Shown here one piece after another: positions 62,719 to 64,000 of a stretch of 64,000 nt of DNA; within the stretch, counting starts at the first letter, position 1, and every line of letters starts with the position of its first letter. Under the pieces are notes generated by a model, which saw only the letters and a list, made by a program, of their open reading frames with translations, had not been told where the DNA came from and searched no databases. The DNA comes from Lepidodermella squamata (taxonomy: Eukaryota; Animalia; Gastrotricha). The DNA lies in contig JBLDXI010000026.1 of assembly GCA_047495785.1 (NCBI GenBank), positions 434,001-498,000 on the forward strand, given 5' to 3'. A program made the position numbers and the translations under genes.

Positions 62719-63341
62719 TTTCTGTCACCTGAGGTGTCTGCCCGAGTTTTCAGCAACAATACAAGCTGCCCTGCTCTGAACGGTTGCGGATTACGATAAT
62801 CACCGGCCGCCGCGCTGTTGTAGCAAAGTTTTAAGCGGGTGTTAACGTTCACGTGAAATCGGTGTTAAGGAAATTAAATCCCTGATATGATTATATGCAT
62901 TATAGCCGGGGGAGAAAAACGCGCGCGGCATGCCAGCCCGCAGCTTAATTGTCATGTTTTTTCACTCACTCCTATTCAAATTTATATTATAACACAGCCC
63001 CCGCTACACAAGGCTACGCGCGCGTGTAATCATCGACCCTTGGTATATATCAAGTAGTGAGATAACCGTCGCCTCTTAACAATTTTGCTACGTTGACGGC
63101 ATTTTGTATAAAAAATTTACTCATTTATATTAATTACGTGGTAGGTATGCTTCTATGTGGATAGCCTGATGCAATAACCACCAGGGTGGCCACTGCAGAC
63201 CGCCTCATTAGATGGAATTATGTCGGACAATCCGCCAGGCTTAACACGCAAAAACGCGGAAAAATCTCGAAAGTCAAGATTTATTAGATTTATTGACATA
63301 ATCGCAGTCTAAAAATAAGAATAAATGCCATTAAGCATTGA

Positions 63342-64000
63342 CTACCAGATGAAGCATTTTTTTGCTGAATTCATCCTGGATTTAGCGCTGCAGTTATACG
63401 CCGTGGAAAATTCCTCGAAATTAGACAGCGGGCCATTGACTCGAAAGTTAACAGGCGAGTGAGGCCGGGCTAAAATTTGAAATTTCAAAGATTCGGGTGT
63501 ATACAGGGTGCACCAAGATTGCGCCCAGCCGATGAAGAATAATTGATCGGACGACAAATTGACAGCTGGTAGCCGGACTTCATATGAATCGTTAGCTCTT
63601 CTATAAGCTTCAAATGCGGCTTTTATCGCACCATTGTCGGCGATGTTCTCGGGAAGGGTCTGATCTGACTTGAGTTTAAGGCCGTTGATTTCATAGACTG
63701 CATATTTGTCAACAAGGCATTTCGTCCGATTTGTGAATTCTTCGTTCGACGAGTTGCTCCACCAATCCGCTAAATTTCCGTACTTGTCAAACTGAAATGC
63801 TTCAAATTATCTTTTGAAAGCCTGGGTGAAAATGAGGCCTACCTGCCGGCCCATGTTATCAAAACCATGGGTGATCTGAAATTCAAATTGAAGTAATGAG
63901 ACCATAGCCTTGATAGAGGACTCACCTCGTGCCCTGCTATCCCTCCGACCGCTCCGTAGTTCAAGGCAATTGGGATCCCATGAGCGTTTCTGAAGAATGG
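63342..64000 (-). CDS. M13 family metallopeptidase 4 (3' part; runs off the window)
   Basis: ALNYGAVGGIAGHE|ITHGFDNMGRQ|FDKYGNLADWW...PENIADNGA...HSPVNFRVNG...KCFIW*. Confidence 0.92.

Overview
Compact animal (invertebrate-like) genomic DNA with many short GT-AG introns (mostly about 35-60 nt); the organism cannot be identified from the sequence alone. The left two-thirds carries a tandem array of nine highly divergent nuclear-receptor-like genes (C4 double zinc finger with atypical spacing and P-boxes CSACQ/CNACQ/CDACQ/CAACE, plus a divergent ligand-binding-like domain). One copy has an in-frame stop and there is one decayed relic. The array is interleaved with MITEs, a dead LINE and an intronless, atypical Cys-loop ion channel gene. 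The right third is a secretory/signalling cluster: four M13 neprilysin-family peptidases (the three complete ones with signal peptides), five small secreted proteins sharing a motif I do not recognise (Y-x6-C-x9/10-C-x8/9-W), an atypical class A GPCR, a prominin-like gene, a 68-aa Cys/His-rich protein and an orphan gene. The main candidates for new biology are the small secreted protein family interleaved with neprilysins and a GPCR, and the lineage-specific nuclear receptor expansion. Gene models were assembled by eye from splice sites and paralog comparison.
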